DNA of 64,000 bases, taken from positions 1-64,000 of IMG/VR virus record IMGVR_UViG_3300028025_003852. The stretch is one strand, 5' to 3'. Shown here piece by piece: positions 51,041 to 61,241 of the stretch (position 1 is its first letter; each line of letters opens with the position of its first letter). The stretch comes from a virus. A program made the position numbers and the translations under genes. The notes beneath the pieces were generated by a model, which had not been told where the DNA came from, did no database searches, and worked only from the letters and a program-made list of their open reading frames with translations.

Positions 51041-51557
51041 CTGTAATTACCTCACTCTCTTTTGCCACATTAGAAAGTCTACGCATAATCTCGTCACGTA
51101 CCTGTGGATATTCAGAGGCAATGTCTTTTAGAATATTAACAAGAACCTCTTGCTTTCTTTCGATCTCTAGCATTTCCTCAGCAAGCTCCTTGTTTTCAAG
51201 CAGTCCTGCCTTCTGTAGCATTTCAATACGTCTAGACTCGATGTCCAGCACCAACTTGATTCCTGCGTTTTTTGCACTAAGATTAGCAGTTGTGGTTGCG
51301 TCGTCAATAACCTCATATGCTTTTTGAATTAGCTTAGTATAGTGTGTGTCTGCAGCAACAAGTGCTTCTTTTGCACGAGCACGAATAGCTGCATTATCTG
51401 CAGCCATGTACTGCCACTCTTTAATATGTGCAACAACCTTTTGCCTTGGAATTGAAAGCTCTTTAGAGATTTGAGTGGGGTCGTTACCCTCTAGGTACTT
51501 GCCCACAACCTTGTTTACTTCATCAAGGTGTTCAACTATCTTCTGTTCGTCTGACAC
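51024..51557 (-). CDS. HTH protein, putative terminase small subunit
   Basis: TQISKELSIPRQKV HTH; directly upstream of terL. Confidence 0.6.
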   Translation of the reverse strand: MSDEQKIVEHLDEVNKVVGKYLEGNDPTQISKELSIPRQKVVAHIKEWQYMAADNAAIRARAKEALVAADTHYTKLIQKAYEVIDDATTTANLSAKNAGIKLVLDIESRRIEMLQKAGLLENKELAEEMLEIERKQEVLVNILKDIASEYPQVRDEIMRRLSNVAKESEVITVVRDV

Positions 51558-51843
51558 GCTTCTTCCTCCTTACAGGGAGCTTTTTGACACGATCAATATA
51601 GAAGGCACGGAACGCACCAATTTGACCCTTGTTCATTTCTCTACACTCAATCCAGGAAACGCCAGTCTCGACATTTGTTGTGAGAGAGGTAAACGTAAAG
51701 GTGGTTCCATACTCACCCATAATCTTAATAAGTTCACCAGCAATAATTGTTTTACCATTTGGCAATACCGCTTCATATTCACGGCTAAACTCAATTGGAG
51801 GCTTGGTTGGCTTTCCATAAATAACCTTGCGAGGACGACCCAT
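51532..51843 (-). CDS. Hypothetical basic protein
   Basis: Coupled ORF. Confidence 0.7.
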   Translation of the reverse strand: MGRPRKVIYGKPTKPPIEFSREYEAVLPNGKTIIAGELIKIMGEYGTTFTFTSLTTNVETGVSWIECREMNKGQIGAFRAFYIDRVKKLPVRRKKRVRRTEDS

Positions 51844-52136
51844 TATTCTCCTGCCAATCTTTTAATTTCATCGTTAATGTAGAATACTGCTTTTTGTAAA
51901 TCTTCAACTTGCTTTGTCTTAATGCTTTTATTTGAATCTTCTTTTAGTCCTGCTCGCCAAAGGTATTTAATGGCATTGCCAACATTAAAGTTACGATGAC
52001 GTGTAATATCTATACACTCTACACCAGAGGGGTCAGAGGTATAGTGATCTGGGTGATTGACCATGTCAATCTCGTGATTGAAAGCATTGGCCATATCATA
52101 GTATTGTACGAAACGTTCTTCGTTTGAAACTGTCAT
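51843..52136 (-). CDS. DUF3310 family protein
   Basis: VNHPDHY...ECID...GNAIKYLWRAG.K...EDLQKA. Confidence 0.9.
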   Translation of the reverse strand: MTVSNEERFVQYYDMANAFNHEIDMVNHPDHYTSDPSGVECIDITRHRNFNVGNAIKYLWRAGLKEDSNKSIKTKQVEDLQKAVFYINDEIKRLAGE

Positions 52137-52291
52137 TATCGTTTTGATTTCCTTAATCCAAATTTAGCAAGGTAGACATAGATTGTTTCAACAGATACAC
52201 CGCACTCTTTAGCAATGTCTACTGGTGCTTTACGATCTACGTGGAAGCGTTTACGCAACCAATTCTCATTCATATACAGTTTACTAGCCAT
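52136..52291 (-). CDS. 51-aa HTH protein
   Basis: WLRKRF...DIAKECGVSVETIYVYLAKFGL. Confidence 0.75.
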   Translation of the reverse strand: MASKLYMNENWLRKRFHVDRKAPVDIAKECGVSVETIYVYLAKFGLRKSKR

Positions 52292-52871
52292 TAGCAGTTT
52301 TGTCAACCTTCTCCCAATTATTAATAGCCCAATGACCTATGGCAATTGCATCAGCAACATCATCATCATTAACAGATTTGTCATAATAGGCATTAACAAA
52401 GTTGATTGTTTTTTGTTTTCTAAACTCTCTTTCACGAGCCTTGTACCATGCAACAGACTTTCCTGGATTGACATCTGCCATTTCCTTCTTTTCAATTTTG
52501 CTAAGAATTTTGTTTCCAATAAAACTTTGCCATGTTATAGGATTTACCGATCCAGCAACAGGAATTTTATTTATTCCAGCTGCACCCAGGATTGCTCCTT
52601 GCACTAGTGCTAGATCAGCCACTGTCTTTGGACTGTTCATGAAGACTGTATGCTCAATTACGATTGTGCTACCGCCTACCTTTTCAAGAAAAACAGATAG
52701 CTTTCTAGATGCATCCTGAACCTTTTGATAAACAGTTTTGCCTTCAAAGTTTATCTTGCCATGCATAATAAGTTTCTTATCTTCAAACACTGCAAAGGCT
52801 ATGCTATTTGTACTTGCATCAATAGACAAAATCTTTTTAGGTGGTTGATTAATCAAGCTCAAGTTTACCAT
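52284..52871 (-). CDS. RuvC-like resolvase
   Basis: ILSIDAST, IVIE, DDVADAIAI. Confidence 0.85.
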   Translation of the reverse strand: MVNLSLINQPPKKILSIDASTNSIAFAVFEDKKLIMHGKINFEGKTVYQKVQDASRKLSVFLEKVGGSTIVIEHTVFMNSPKTVADLALVQGAILGAAGINKIPVAGSVNPITWQSFIGNKILSKIEKKEMADVNPGKSVAWYKAREREFRKQKTINFVNAYYDKSVNDDDVADAIAIGHWAINNWEKVDKTANG

Positions 52872-53142
52872 TCGCAATGCCCTTCATCTGTTTTAAGATC
52901 TTGCCAACTTCTTTTTCGTCAACACTACACTTAGAACAAATCTTGTTTTCATTATACATTGAAAGATTTCCACCACAGGAAGAACACTTCCTTGGCTTCT
53001 TGGCTCTTGCCTCAACCTTTTTCTTTTGATATCTTATTGCAATATTATGCTTAGTTGCAGCGTCTCTGCAAGTATCTGAACAATAAATCTTGTATGATAT
53101 TTTTGTTTCAAACTGTGCGTCACACCATTGACAATGTTTCAT
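52849..53142 (-). CDS. Zinc-finger protein
   Basis: Four Cys pairs. Confidence 0.75.
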   Translation of the reverse strand: MKHCQWCDAQFETKISYKIYCSDTCRDAATKHNIAIRYQKKKVEARAKKPRKCSSCGGNLSMYNENKICSKCSVDEKEVGKILKQMKGIANGKLELD

Positions 53143-53923
53143 CGATAAGCTCCAAAGAAGATATTTTTACGTCTCCCTTGCCAGCATCTGCACAAACCTT
53201 TGACAGAGGACAGCTCTTGCAAATCCTTGAGTTGGACCGATAGTTCTTTTCAGGCAGAGTCTTGTTTTCCCATGCCTTACGAACATTACGCATCCACTCA
53301 AATGTATTATTCACCCACTGAATATAGTAATCATTTACCTCAACAGGAATTACCAATAGTTCATGGTTGTTCTTGTTTTCATAAATAAGTACCGCCTTTT
53401 GCTTTTTGAGAATCTTCATATAAATAAGAAGCTGAATCAAGTGTCCTGGCTTTGGCTTTCTATTTAGCTTGCGATACTCAAATCCTTCGTTCATCATTGT
53501 CTTGATTTCACCAAGAAGTTCTTCTCCTTGCCAATCAAGCATTACGTCACCGTATCCGAAGATTGGTGGATCATTGTTTACGATCTTGAACTCTGAATCA
53601 ATTAGGAAGCCTGCGTCCTCCATTGCCTTTTGAATACGCTCATGGCTCTTAGTACCATTAGTCATATTAGCACCTGCAAATGCGTCTGCATTGTCTTCGA
53701 ATGTACCGCCCTCAAATGCAAGATACCAGTAGCGAGCACACTCACCATGCCCATATGCAATTGTTGATGGTGCGAATGTCTTCTTCTGCTGGTGTCGTGG
53801 TCCACGGTTAGCGGTATATCCAGACTTAATCTTTTCAATCAACTCGTCTGGATTAATGCCAGAGCCGTCAACAATCTTGGTGTCTGGTGGTGTTTCCATG
53901 ACCTGGTTTAGTAAGTTTTTCAT
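53120..53923 (-). CDS. Cas4-like PD-(D/E)xK exonuclease
   Basis: ECAR, GT..H, GYGD, EIKT, QLLIY, CKSCP...C. Confidence 0.85.
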   Translation of the reverse strand: MKNLLNQVMETPPDTKIVDGSGINPDELIEKIKSGYTANRGPRHQQKKTFAPSTIAYGHGECARYWYLAFEGGTFEDNADAFAGANMTNGTKSHERIQKAMEDAGFLIDSEFKIVNNDPPIFGYGDVMLDWQGEELLGEIKTMMNEGFEYRKLNRKPKPGHLIQLLIYMKILKKQKAVLIYENKNNHELLVIPVEVNDYYIQWVNNTFEWMRNVRKAWENKTLPEKNYRSNSRICKSCPLSKVCADAGKGDVKISSLELIDETLSMV

Positions 53924-53931
53924 AATCATAC

Positions 53932-54234
53932 TTAGCGAGTAATATACTTCAGAGCTGCGACCAAATCATTGATTGCTGTTGCTGCTGTATAATAGATATT
54001 CTTCTTCGCTCTATCTCCCTTGTCTACGTTGGTAAGCCAAGTTGCCTTGAATGACATCTTGGCAGCAATTGCTTGTAGTCGAACAATTTCGACTGTAGCA
54101 ACTTGCAGAGGAATATCTGGTTTAATAATTAGTTTTGCGACCATAACAAGTGCCTCTGTGAGTTCATCGTCTTCCATAAAGTCAGAAATCTCACTTAGGC
54201 CGTTTACCATTTCTAGCGTTGTTTTTGTTTCCAT
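53932..54234 (-). CDS. Hypothetical helical protein
   Basis: Leaderless after TATACT. Confidence 0.7.
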   Translation of the reverse strand: METKTTLEMVNGLSEISDFMEDDELTEALVMVAKLIIKPDIPLQVATVEIVRLQAIAAKMSFKATWLTNVDKGDRAKKNIYYTAATAINDLVAALKYITR

Positions 54235-54239
54235 TATAT

Positions 54240-54530
54240 CTAGTATACCTCATCCTCAACCATTTGTTCAAGCAGCGAAAGCTCTATTACTGCTAATCTA
54301 GTTTTTTGTTCACCATCACCGATAACTACAATGATTGCTGGATCAAGCTTATTCTTGATTGCATCTGTTGTAGCCTTGGCCCACACCTCTTTGTTGAGTG
54401 TGAATGATTTGCCTACCTCTTTAAAGTCTACGCAAAAGTTGTGCCATGTTGCATCACCTTTCTTTGTGTTCCTTCCCGAGTTTTTGTGCTGGCTTGCACC
54501 AATACGCTTACTCTCGTTCTTCTCGCTCAT
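54240..54530 (-). CDS. Hjc-like Holliday junction resolvase
   Basis: E...NSG...KGD...VDFKE. Confidence 0.7.
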   Translation of the reverse strand: MSEKNESKRIGASQHKNSGRNTKKGDATWHNFCVDFKEVGKSFTLNKEVWAKATTDAIKNKLDPAIIVVIGDGEQKTRLAVIELSLLEQMVEDEVY

Positions 54531-54693
54531 AATCTTTCTTATCCTTCTTTGTTTCGAGACTAAGCTCAGTGAGGTGTTTGTCTGGACACATCCAAGATAG
54601 CATACGCATTCCTGGGTAGCTGCGAATAGTTTTTGATTCTAGTCCGCATGTATGACAGGGAAAACTTCCTGGGTAGATATTGTACTTAGCCAT
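54508..54693 (-). CDS. Small zinc-binding protein
   Basis: CHTC...CPDKH. Confidence 0.65.
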   Translation of the reverse strand: MAKYNIYPGSFPCHTCGLESKTIRSYPGMRMLSWMCPDKHLTELSLETKKDKKDYEREERE

Positions 54694-55696
54694 TAAGCTG
54701 ATCCTCAATAGACTTGCGGAAGTCATCATTCTCACGAACATATGTGATGAATGCGTCTCGACCCTGAACCTTTTTGTCTTCTGATACAACGTACCATGCA
54801 CCTGTACGAGTTACAATACCAGCAAGCTCTGCTGTATCCACAAGATCTCCAATTGCGTCTACCCCAACAAATGGTCCACGGAAATAGAAGTCGTACTCGC
54901 CAGACTGGAAGCCTGGAGATGTCTTGGAGAACTGAACTTCCCAACGAACCTTCCTGCCAATCTTCTCTTCAATGAGCTTGTCTCCTACTGGAATCTTACC
55001 CTTAATAGCTTGGTTATCTGACTCTGACGAGAAGAGCTTGATAACTGTAGAAGAGTAGAACTTCGTTGCCTGACCCCCCGTAGGCTGCTGTGAGGTGTAC
55101 ATAGCAGAGATATTATTACGACTCTGACTAATTAGCACAAACAGTGTTGGCTTTGGCTTGTTGTTAGAATAGTTAATCATCTTCCATGCATTGCTAAAGT
55201 CTCGTGACTCAGCACCGATTTGCTTAGTATTCTCAAGTTGCTTTAGCTCATCCGAATCTTTCTCAAAATAGATAGCAGGAAGCAATGATGTAATTGAATC
55301 AACAACTACTAGGTCTACACCTGCCTGCATTAGCTTTGTGCCAAGATCTACCATCTCATTGATGGTGCGACATTGTGAGACGATAAGCTTTGTTGTATCT
55401 ACCCCGAGACGCTCAGCCCACTTTTTGTCGTACGACATCTCAGCATCAATCCATGCACAGACCTTTCCTTCCTTCTGTGCAAGACCAATCATCTGCAAAC
55501 ACATTGACGACTTTGCTGAAGATTTGCTTCCCCAAATAAGAATCTGTCTTCCATAGGGAAGGCCACCACCCAGGGCACGGTTAAGTCCGTAGCTTGCTGT
55601 AGGTTGCAAAATTGTTTCTGGCATTTCATCACCAACAAATAGCTGTTTGCGAATCTTGGGGTCAAGCTTTGCCATTACCTCTTCTACTGTCATCAT
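54686..55696 (-). CDS. recA: RecA/UvsX-like recombinase
   Basis: LGGGLPYGR, variant Walker A GSKSSAKS, WIDAE, VVVDS, TGG.A.KFYSS, GAWY. Confidence 0.92.
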   Translation of the reverse strand: MMTVEEVMAKLDPKIRKQLFVGDEMPETILQPTASYGLNRALGGGLPYGRQILIWGSKSSAKSSMCLQMIGLAQKEGKVCAWIDAEMSYDKKWAERLGVDTTKLIVSQCRTINEMVDLGTKLMQAGVDLVVVDSITSLLPAIYFEKDSDELKQLENTKQIGAESRDFSNAWKMINYSNNKPKPTLFVLISQSRNNISAMYTSQQPTGGQATKFYSSTVIKLFSSESDNQAIKGKIPVGDKLIEEKIGRKVRWEVQFSKTSPGFQSGEYDFYFRGPFVGVDAIGDLVDTAELAGIVTRTGAWYVVSEDKKVQGRDAFITYVRENDDFRKSIEDQLNG

Positions 55697-56028
55697 CAGA
55701 ATCTTACACCATGCTTTTCTGGTCGTGACTTGTTAAGGTTAGTCTTGTTTTCAAAAGCGTGGTCCAAAGAAACGCGAGTGTACCCATGCTCAACCAAGCC
55801 TGCATAAAGATCTAGTGTTCGGATAAGGATATCTGCCATCTCATCTGAAATCTCATGCTCACCCTTATTTTTACGAATAGCCTCCATTACTTCTACAGCC
55901 TCAGAGACAATCATCATAAGCTGTTTAGTAATAAAGATGTCATCTACATCTTCAGGCCAGAAGCCTTTTTCTACAGCGGTCTTGTGCAATTGCTCGCATA
56001 GATCGTCAAACTCAATTTTGTCATTCAT
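55696..56028 (-). CDS. MazG-like nucleotide pyrophosphohydrolase
   Basis: SEAVEVMEA...EMADILIR..D. Confidence 0.85.
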   Translation of the reverse strand: MNDKIEFDDLCEQLHKTAVEKGFWPEDVDDIFITKQLMMIVSEAVEVMEAIRKNKGEHEISDEMADILIRTLDLYAGLVEHGYTRVSLDHAFENKTNLNKSRPEKHGVRF

Positions 56029-59000
56029 TATTTGATATCCTCCAATATAGTTGTTCCATCTTTTGTTTTTGCAAATGAAAAGTTATACACATTTCCTTCT
56101 TGTACTTTCATGTAGGCCTTTGGGAACTGTGTTGGGAAGACTGTAACAGAGTGTAATTCTCGTCCAGAGTCTGCCACAACCATGTATGCCATCTTCTTGC
56201 CTGCCTTAGTTACTCGTGGTTTAAACGATATCACCATCATCTCTTCTTCCTTATATGGAAGCATACGATAGTTCATATACTTAATCAGCGAAGAGTCAGA
56301 CTCTTTAATATCATCTACTGGTACAGCAAACGAGATTCGGTTATCACTGGCTAGAATCAGGTATGTTTTTCCTGCCTCAATTAGAGTGTCCTCATTGTCG
56401 AAGATTCCAGCAACACCAGTCTTATCTAGAATTTCTACTCTAGACCATCCCTTACCTCGCTTGATATTCTTCACTATACCCATCAGAACGAAGGAACCCT
56501 TCTCCTCGTACTCTTCTGTATCTGTAATATACGCATTGTAGTGTGATGGTACAGAGATGTTAAACTCTGGTAGGTTTAGGTACTCGTATAGATTTTGACG
56601 GATGTCTTCATCGTTTCGTGGGTTATCCTCAAATGTAGCTGCACCGATGAGTCGTAGTGCTGAAAGTGCACGAGAGTTTACTCCGTTACCCTTGCCAAAT
56701 GTGAACTCTTCCAGCTCTTTGTATGAGCTAAATGGTCGTGCAGAGATATACTTCTGAGCAATATTGTCAGAGATATATTTGATTGCACTAAGTCCAAACC
56801 GAATACCCTTACCCTCGATCTTGAAGTCAATGTCAGAGTCATTGATGTGTGGCAACTTGATGGAGATACCCATACGCTTTGCCTCAATCAGGTATTCTGT
56901 ACGAGCATCTTTGTCCTTCTCATTCTTAAGAAGAGCAAACATAAACTCAATTGGGTAGTGGTACTTTAGCCATGCAGTCCAGTATGAGACCGTAGAATAG
57001 GCTACAGCGTGACTCTTATTGAATGAGTAGCCAGCATGTGCCTCAAAGTCATGCCAAAGGTTTCTGGCACCCTCTTCTCCAAGATACTGTGTAGCACCCT
57101 GCACAAACTTGTCCTGGAACTGATCGAACTCCTTGGCATCCTTCTTCTTACCAATAATCTTACGAACCTTATCGGCTTCTGCCATTGACATACCGCCAAG
57201 TTCCACACAAGCCTGCATAACCTGTTCCTGATACAGAATACAGCCATACGTTTCTTGTGTAAATGTTTTCATAACTTGGTGATGATATGAGATATTCTGC
57301 TTGCCATGCTTACGAGCAATATAGTCTTTACCAATTGTATTCATAGCACCTGGACGCACCAAAGCATTTGATGCAGCAAGCTCTGAGAAGTTCTTTACCC
57401 CCATCTTTACGAGTAGGTTTGTATATGGGGTAGCCTCACACTGGAAGACACCTTTTGTAAAACCATCAGAGAGCATTCCGTACACGTTCTTATCTTGCAT
57501 GTCAATGTCGTGAAGTTCAATCACGTCACCTGTACGCTCTTTGATAATTGCAATAGTGTCTTGAATAACAGATAGAGTCTTTAGACCAAGAGCATCAATC
57601 TTAATAAGACCAATACGCTCTGCCTCTTCCATGTCAACGGCAACGACAGGGATACGCTCCTTGCTTCCTGGCGATGTGCGTGTCTCTAGTGGTGCATACT
57701 TAAAGATAGGCTCTTTTGCAGTAACAACACCAGCAGCATGAATACCAGTACCACGAATTCGACCTCGAAGCTGTTCTCCATACATCTCTACCTCTGGGTA
57801 CTTTTCACGGAACCATTCAGTAGACTTTGAGTTGCAGTAGTCGTCCCAATCGTCAACAAGCTTTAGTACCTTGTTCACATCTGGCAAAGGGATCATAAGC
57901 ACACGAGCAATGTCACGCACCATACCCTTACCCTTGAACTGCAAGAATGTTGCAATAGATGCTACGTGTCGGTATTGACGAACAAGGTAGTCCTTGACTT
58001 CTTCACGACGTGAGTCCTGGATATCTGTATCAATATCTGGGAAGTCATTACGTTCTGGATTAATAAAACGGAAGAACAAGAGGCCATGCTCAATAGGATC
58101 AATGTCTGTGATGCCAAGTGCATAGCATAGAAGAGAACCAGCAGCAGATCCACGACCTGGACCTACCATGATGCCCTCCTTCTTTGCCCACGCAATCATA
58201 GAGCGTACAACCAAGAAGTATGGACCAAAGTTCTTGTCCTTAATTACCTGTAACTCTTCATCTAGACGATCTAGGTATTCCTGATTCTCTGCAAACCCAA
58301 GAGCAGTGAGACCCTCCATAGCAAGATTACGAAGCTCATCATTTGGCTTCTGATACTGCACTGGCAACAGGTCCATGTGGTCTTCGATATTGTAGTCTTC
58401 AATCTTATCTACAATCTCAAGAGTATTCGAATAGATATCTTCACGGTCAATGCCCTGAGCAGTCATAGCCGAACGCATCTCTTCGTCAGACAAAAGATGA
58501 ATCTCAAACTTGTTAAAAGTCATCTGTCGGTCTGCACCATAAAGGTAGTCAAGTCGATCCATAAGATTGTCATACTCACGAGACTTATCAAATGAAGCAT
58601 TCTTATCAGTCTTATTTGAGTATGAGTTTAGAATCAGTTTTAGCTCTTGAATCTCTTTCTGTCCTGGGTCTGAGTGATGACAGTCTGGTGTAGTAATTGG
58701 CTTAATGCCAAACTCATCAGCCAGCTCTAGGATAATCTTGTTAATCTCTGGTGGGTTGTGTGGCATTACCTCGATGTAGTAGTCGTCACCAAAGGTATCC
58801 TTAGCCCACTGAAGATGAAACTTCGCTGCTGCTAGATTGTCTGCCTCAATAGCCTTTGCTAGATATCCACTTAGACATCCAGATGTAATTACTAGCCCCT
58901 CTTTATATTTCTCAAGAATAGACCAGTCCATTCGTGGCTTCTTGTAGAAACCCTCTGTCCATGCAATCTCGTTAAGTTTATTTAGGTTCTCTAGACCCTT

Positions 59001-59300
59001 TGCATTCTTAGCAAGAATGATAAGGTGATTATAGTTAAGGTCTAGAGGGTCGTTCTTGTCCTTCTTATCCTCATGGTCGTGGCGGTCTTTTGCAATATAC
59101 CCCTCAATACCAAGGATAGGCTTAATTCCTGCTTCTTTAGCAGCACGATACATTTCACGGTGTCCAGATAGCGAACCATGATCGGTAATCGCAATAGCTG
59201 GCATTCCTAGTGCGACGGCTCTGTCAACATATTCCTGTGGTGTAGCAATACCGTCAAATAGCGAGTAGTGGGTGTGAACGTGTAGTCCAGCGTAACTCAT
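56028..59300 (-). CDS. dnaE: DNA polymerase III alpha subunit with PHP domain
   Basis: HVHTHYS, TDHG, GRGSAAGS, PDIDTD, KIDALGL, YSFNKSH. Confidence 0.97.
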   Translation of the reverse strand: MSYAGLHVHTHYSLFDGIATPQEYVDRAVALGMPAIAITDHGSLSGHREMYRAAKEAGIKPILGIEGYIAKDRHDHEDKKDKNDPLDLNYNHLIILAKNAKGLENLNKLNEIAWTEGFYKKPRMDWSILEKYKEGLVITSGCLSGYLAKAIEADNLAAAKFHLQWAKDTFGDDYYIEVMPHNPPEINKIILELADEFGIKPITTPDCHHSDPGQKEIQELKLILNSYSNKTDKNASFDKSREYDNLMDRLDYLYGADRQMTFNKFEIHLLSDEEMRSAMTAQGIDREDIYSNTLEIVDKIEDYNIEDHMDLLPVQYQKPNDELRNLAMEGLTALGFAENQEYLDRLDEELQVIKDKNFGPYFLVVRSMIAWAKKEGIMVGPGRGSAAGSLLCYALGITDIDPIEHGLLFFRFINPERNDFPDIDTDIQDSRREEVKDYLVRQYRHVASIATFLQFKGKGMVRDIARVLMIPLPDVNKVLKLVDDWDDYCNSKSTEWFREKYPEVEMYGEQLRGRIRGTGIHAAGVVTAKEPIFKYAPLETRTSPGSKERIPVVAVDMEEAERIGLIKIDALGLKTLSVIQDTIAIIKERTGDVIELHDIDMQDKNVYGMLSDGFTKGVFQCEATPYTNLLVKMGVKNFSELAASNALVRPGAMNTIGKDYIARKHGKQNISYHHQVMKTFTQETYGCILYQEQVMQACVELGGMSMAEADKVRKIIGKKKDAKEFDQFQDKFVQGATQYLGEEGARNLWHDFEAHAGYSFNKSHAVAYSTVSYWTAWLKYHYPIEFMFALLKNEKDKDARTEYLIEAKRMGISIKLPHINDSDIDFKIEGKGIRFGLSAIKYISDNIAQKYISARPFSSYKELEEFTFGKGNGVNSRALSALRLIGAATFEDNPRNDEDIRQNLYEYLNLPEFNISVPSHYNAYITDTEEYEEKGSFVLMGIVKNIKRGKGWSRVEILDKTGVAGIFDNEDTLIEAGKTYLILASDNRISFAVPVDDIKESDSSLIKYMNYRMLPYKEEEMMVISFKPRVTKAGKKMAYMVVADSGRELHSVTVFPTQFPKAYMKVQEGNVYNFSFAKTKDGTTILEDIK

Positions 59301-59327
59301 TTAAAATCTTTCTGTTAGAAGTTGATA

Positions 59328-59357
59328 GGGGGGCAGCCTGTACTCAAGCCACCCCCC
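59328..59357 (-). terminator. GC-rich hairpin between ssb and dnaE
   Basis: GGGGGGUGGCUUG-AGUA-CAGGCUGCCCCCC with G-U pairs on the minus strand. Confidence 0.5.
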
Positions 59358-59364
59358 AGATTGT

Positions 59365-60015
59365 TTACCAGTCAGTGTTCGTTGAAGAAGTTACTGATGG
59401 TGTGTCGAATCCAAAGTAGAAAGCCTCTTGCTCTGAATATGGGATTTCACGAAGGACAGCTTCCAAGTCGTTCATCTCAAGTGCAGACCAATCGAATGGC
59501 TCGGTGTCTGGACCCTTTGGAATAAGGGTGTAGTTTGTCTCAGTACCCTGACCGTTACGCTTGATCTTCCATGTCAGGTTAGAGATTCCATTGGTATCGC
59601 CATAGAACTCCATAAGAGTTGGCACAGCCGACTGCTTGCTAATGCCCTGTGACCAAACAGCTACGTATGGAGACTCAAGTCCGTCGTCAACGAGGACGTT
59701 GCAGTAGAAGCGATTACGTGCTCGCCAGCCTGCCTTGGGGTCCTTACGAGCCATCTCACAGCCGTAGCAACGGCCCTCTGAGTCCATACTACAAGCAGCC
59801 TTACGCTTGTAGTCCTTTGGGTTAGTGTGTTCTGCATACACCACAGCAAGACCACGGTCTTCTGAGAAGTGTGCAGAGTCTGCGTCAAGCTCTTCTACAA
59901 AGCGGATAGTCGCAGATTGTCCATCAGCAAGCTTGAGCCAACGGACCTTAGTTCCTTCATATTTTGGTTTTTCGAGTAGGGCGTTGATATTCTTAATTCC
60001 CTTAATTGCACTCAT
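59365..60015 (-). CDS. gp32-like single-stranded DNA-binding protein
   Basis: KLADG...IRF, H/C zinc ligands, KIKRNGQGTETNY, acidic-aromatic tail. Confidence 0.75.
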   Translation of the reverse strand: MSAIKGIKNINALLEKPKYEGTKVRWLKLADGQSATIRFVEELDADSAHFSEDRGLAVVYAEHTNPKDYKRKAACSMDSEGRCYGCEMARKDPKAGWRARNRFYCNVLVDDGLESPYVAVWSQGISKQSAVPTLMEFYGDTNGISNLTWKIKRNGQGTETNYTLIPKGPDTEPFDWSALEMNDLEAVLREIPYSEQEAFYFGFDTPSVTSSTNTDW

Positions 60016-60039
60016 ACTTTCTCCTTATTGTTGAGGTTA

Positions 60040-60984
60040 TTAGTTTAGCATAGATATGATTGACTTGTCAAACGAGACTTCTAGTTTCGTCAGTTCTTCA
60101 TCAGCCATATCTCCAATATCCTTGTATTTGTTATCTAGTTGTATTGTGTTTACACGAGATCCAAGCTTATCAATAATCTTAGATTTCATATTCCCTCCTG
60201 CATCATCATTATCTGCAATAACAATTACGTTATTGAAGTATTTTTTGAGCAGGTCAATTTGGTAGTTTGATACGTTGGCTCCCAATGTTGCTACCGCTGG
60301 AAGCCCTACCTGGTCAAGGCGTATAACATCGAATGATGATTCGACAATATAAACCCTGTCTGCTGTCTTTACCCTGTGGAGGTTAAACAGAAGTTTTGAT
60401 TTAGGAAGTCCTGGAGTATTCTTAAACTCTTTTCCTTCTACAGATCTACCAACAAAGCCTACAGCCATGCCGTCTGGAGAATGGACAGGAATAGTCACCA
60501 TGTCTTGCTTTTCAGAATATCCAAGAGCAAACTTGTTTACGGAATGTTCTGTAATAAAACGTCCTGAATAGTATCTCATTGCACGAGGTGATTCGATTGC
60601 CTGTTGGTTTAATCTTTTAACCATTAGCTCATCGAACTGTTTGTAGTCTGGCTTATCGATCAGACGCTTTCCGACCTCAGCTTCAAGATTGCTTTCTGTT
60701 CTTTTAGAGTTAACAAAACGCACAGCTTCAAAGTATGTACGACCAGAAACATGCATCACAAGCTCTACTAGATTTGAGACGTGGTGACAAGAAAAACAAA
60801 AGAATATTCCAGACTGCTTGTCTACTTCTCCAGCAGGTGTTCTATTGTTTGCGTGGAATGGGCAATAAATGATATAGTCAGAGTCAACCTCGGACTCAAT
60901 GTCTACGCCTGTTCCTCGGAGTACTCTTGTAATTTGCTCTTCTGTAAAGGTATCGCTACCGTTCCGTCTATTCCCTCTATGCAT
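60040..60984 (-). CDS. dnaG: DNA primase (zinc finger + TOPRIM)
   Basis: CPFH...CFSC; VES.FD; DNDDAG; KDIGD. Confidence 0.9.
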   Translation of the reverse strand: MHRGNRRNGSDTFTEEQITRVLRGTGVDIESEVDSDYIIYCPFHANNRTPAGEVDKQSGIFFCFSCHHVSNLVELVMHVSGRTYFEAVRFVNSKRTESNLEAEVGKRLIDKPDYKQFDELMVKRLNQQAIESPRAMRYYSGRFITEHSVNKFALGYSEKQDMVTIPVHSPDGMAVGFVGRSVEGKEFKNTPGLPKSKLLFNLHRVKTADRVYIVESSFDVIRLDQVGLPAVATLGANVSNYQIDLLKKYFNNVIVIADNDDAGGNMKSKIIDKLGSRVNTIQLDNKYKDIGDMADEELTKLEVSFDKSIISMLN

Positions 60985-61229
60985 TGTGATTGTTTTTTCC
61001 CTAAGTATGTCCCGTAAAGTGAGATCATGAATTCAAATACATCTTTTTTCTCATTATAGTATATCGTAAAATCTGTGTCAATGTCTAGTCTTGGTACATA
61101 TCCTGTTAACACCATTTCAGTTTTCAAAAGCCTGATGTATTCATCTTTGAGTCTAACTATAGATGAATCATCTTGGAAGATTCCGTCTAAGGTAAATCTT
61201 TTGATAGGTTTATGGTGAAAATTTTCCAT
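60903..61229 (-). CDS. Hypothetical protein
   Basis: GYVPRLDID motif; leaderless. Confidence 0.7.
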   Translation of the reverse strand: MENFHHKPIKRFTLDGIFQDDSSIVRLKDEYIRLLKTEMVLTGYVPRLDIDTDFTIYYNEKKDVFEFMISLYGTYLGKKQSQCIEGIDGTVAIPLQKSKLQEYSEEQA

Positions 61230-61241
61230 ACTCCATTATAA

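Noticed and set aside
53120-53923. Cas4 as evidence of CRISPR-Cas
   Set aside because: Solo Cas4-like exonucleases are routine in phage recombination modules
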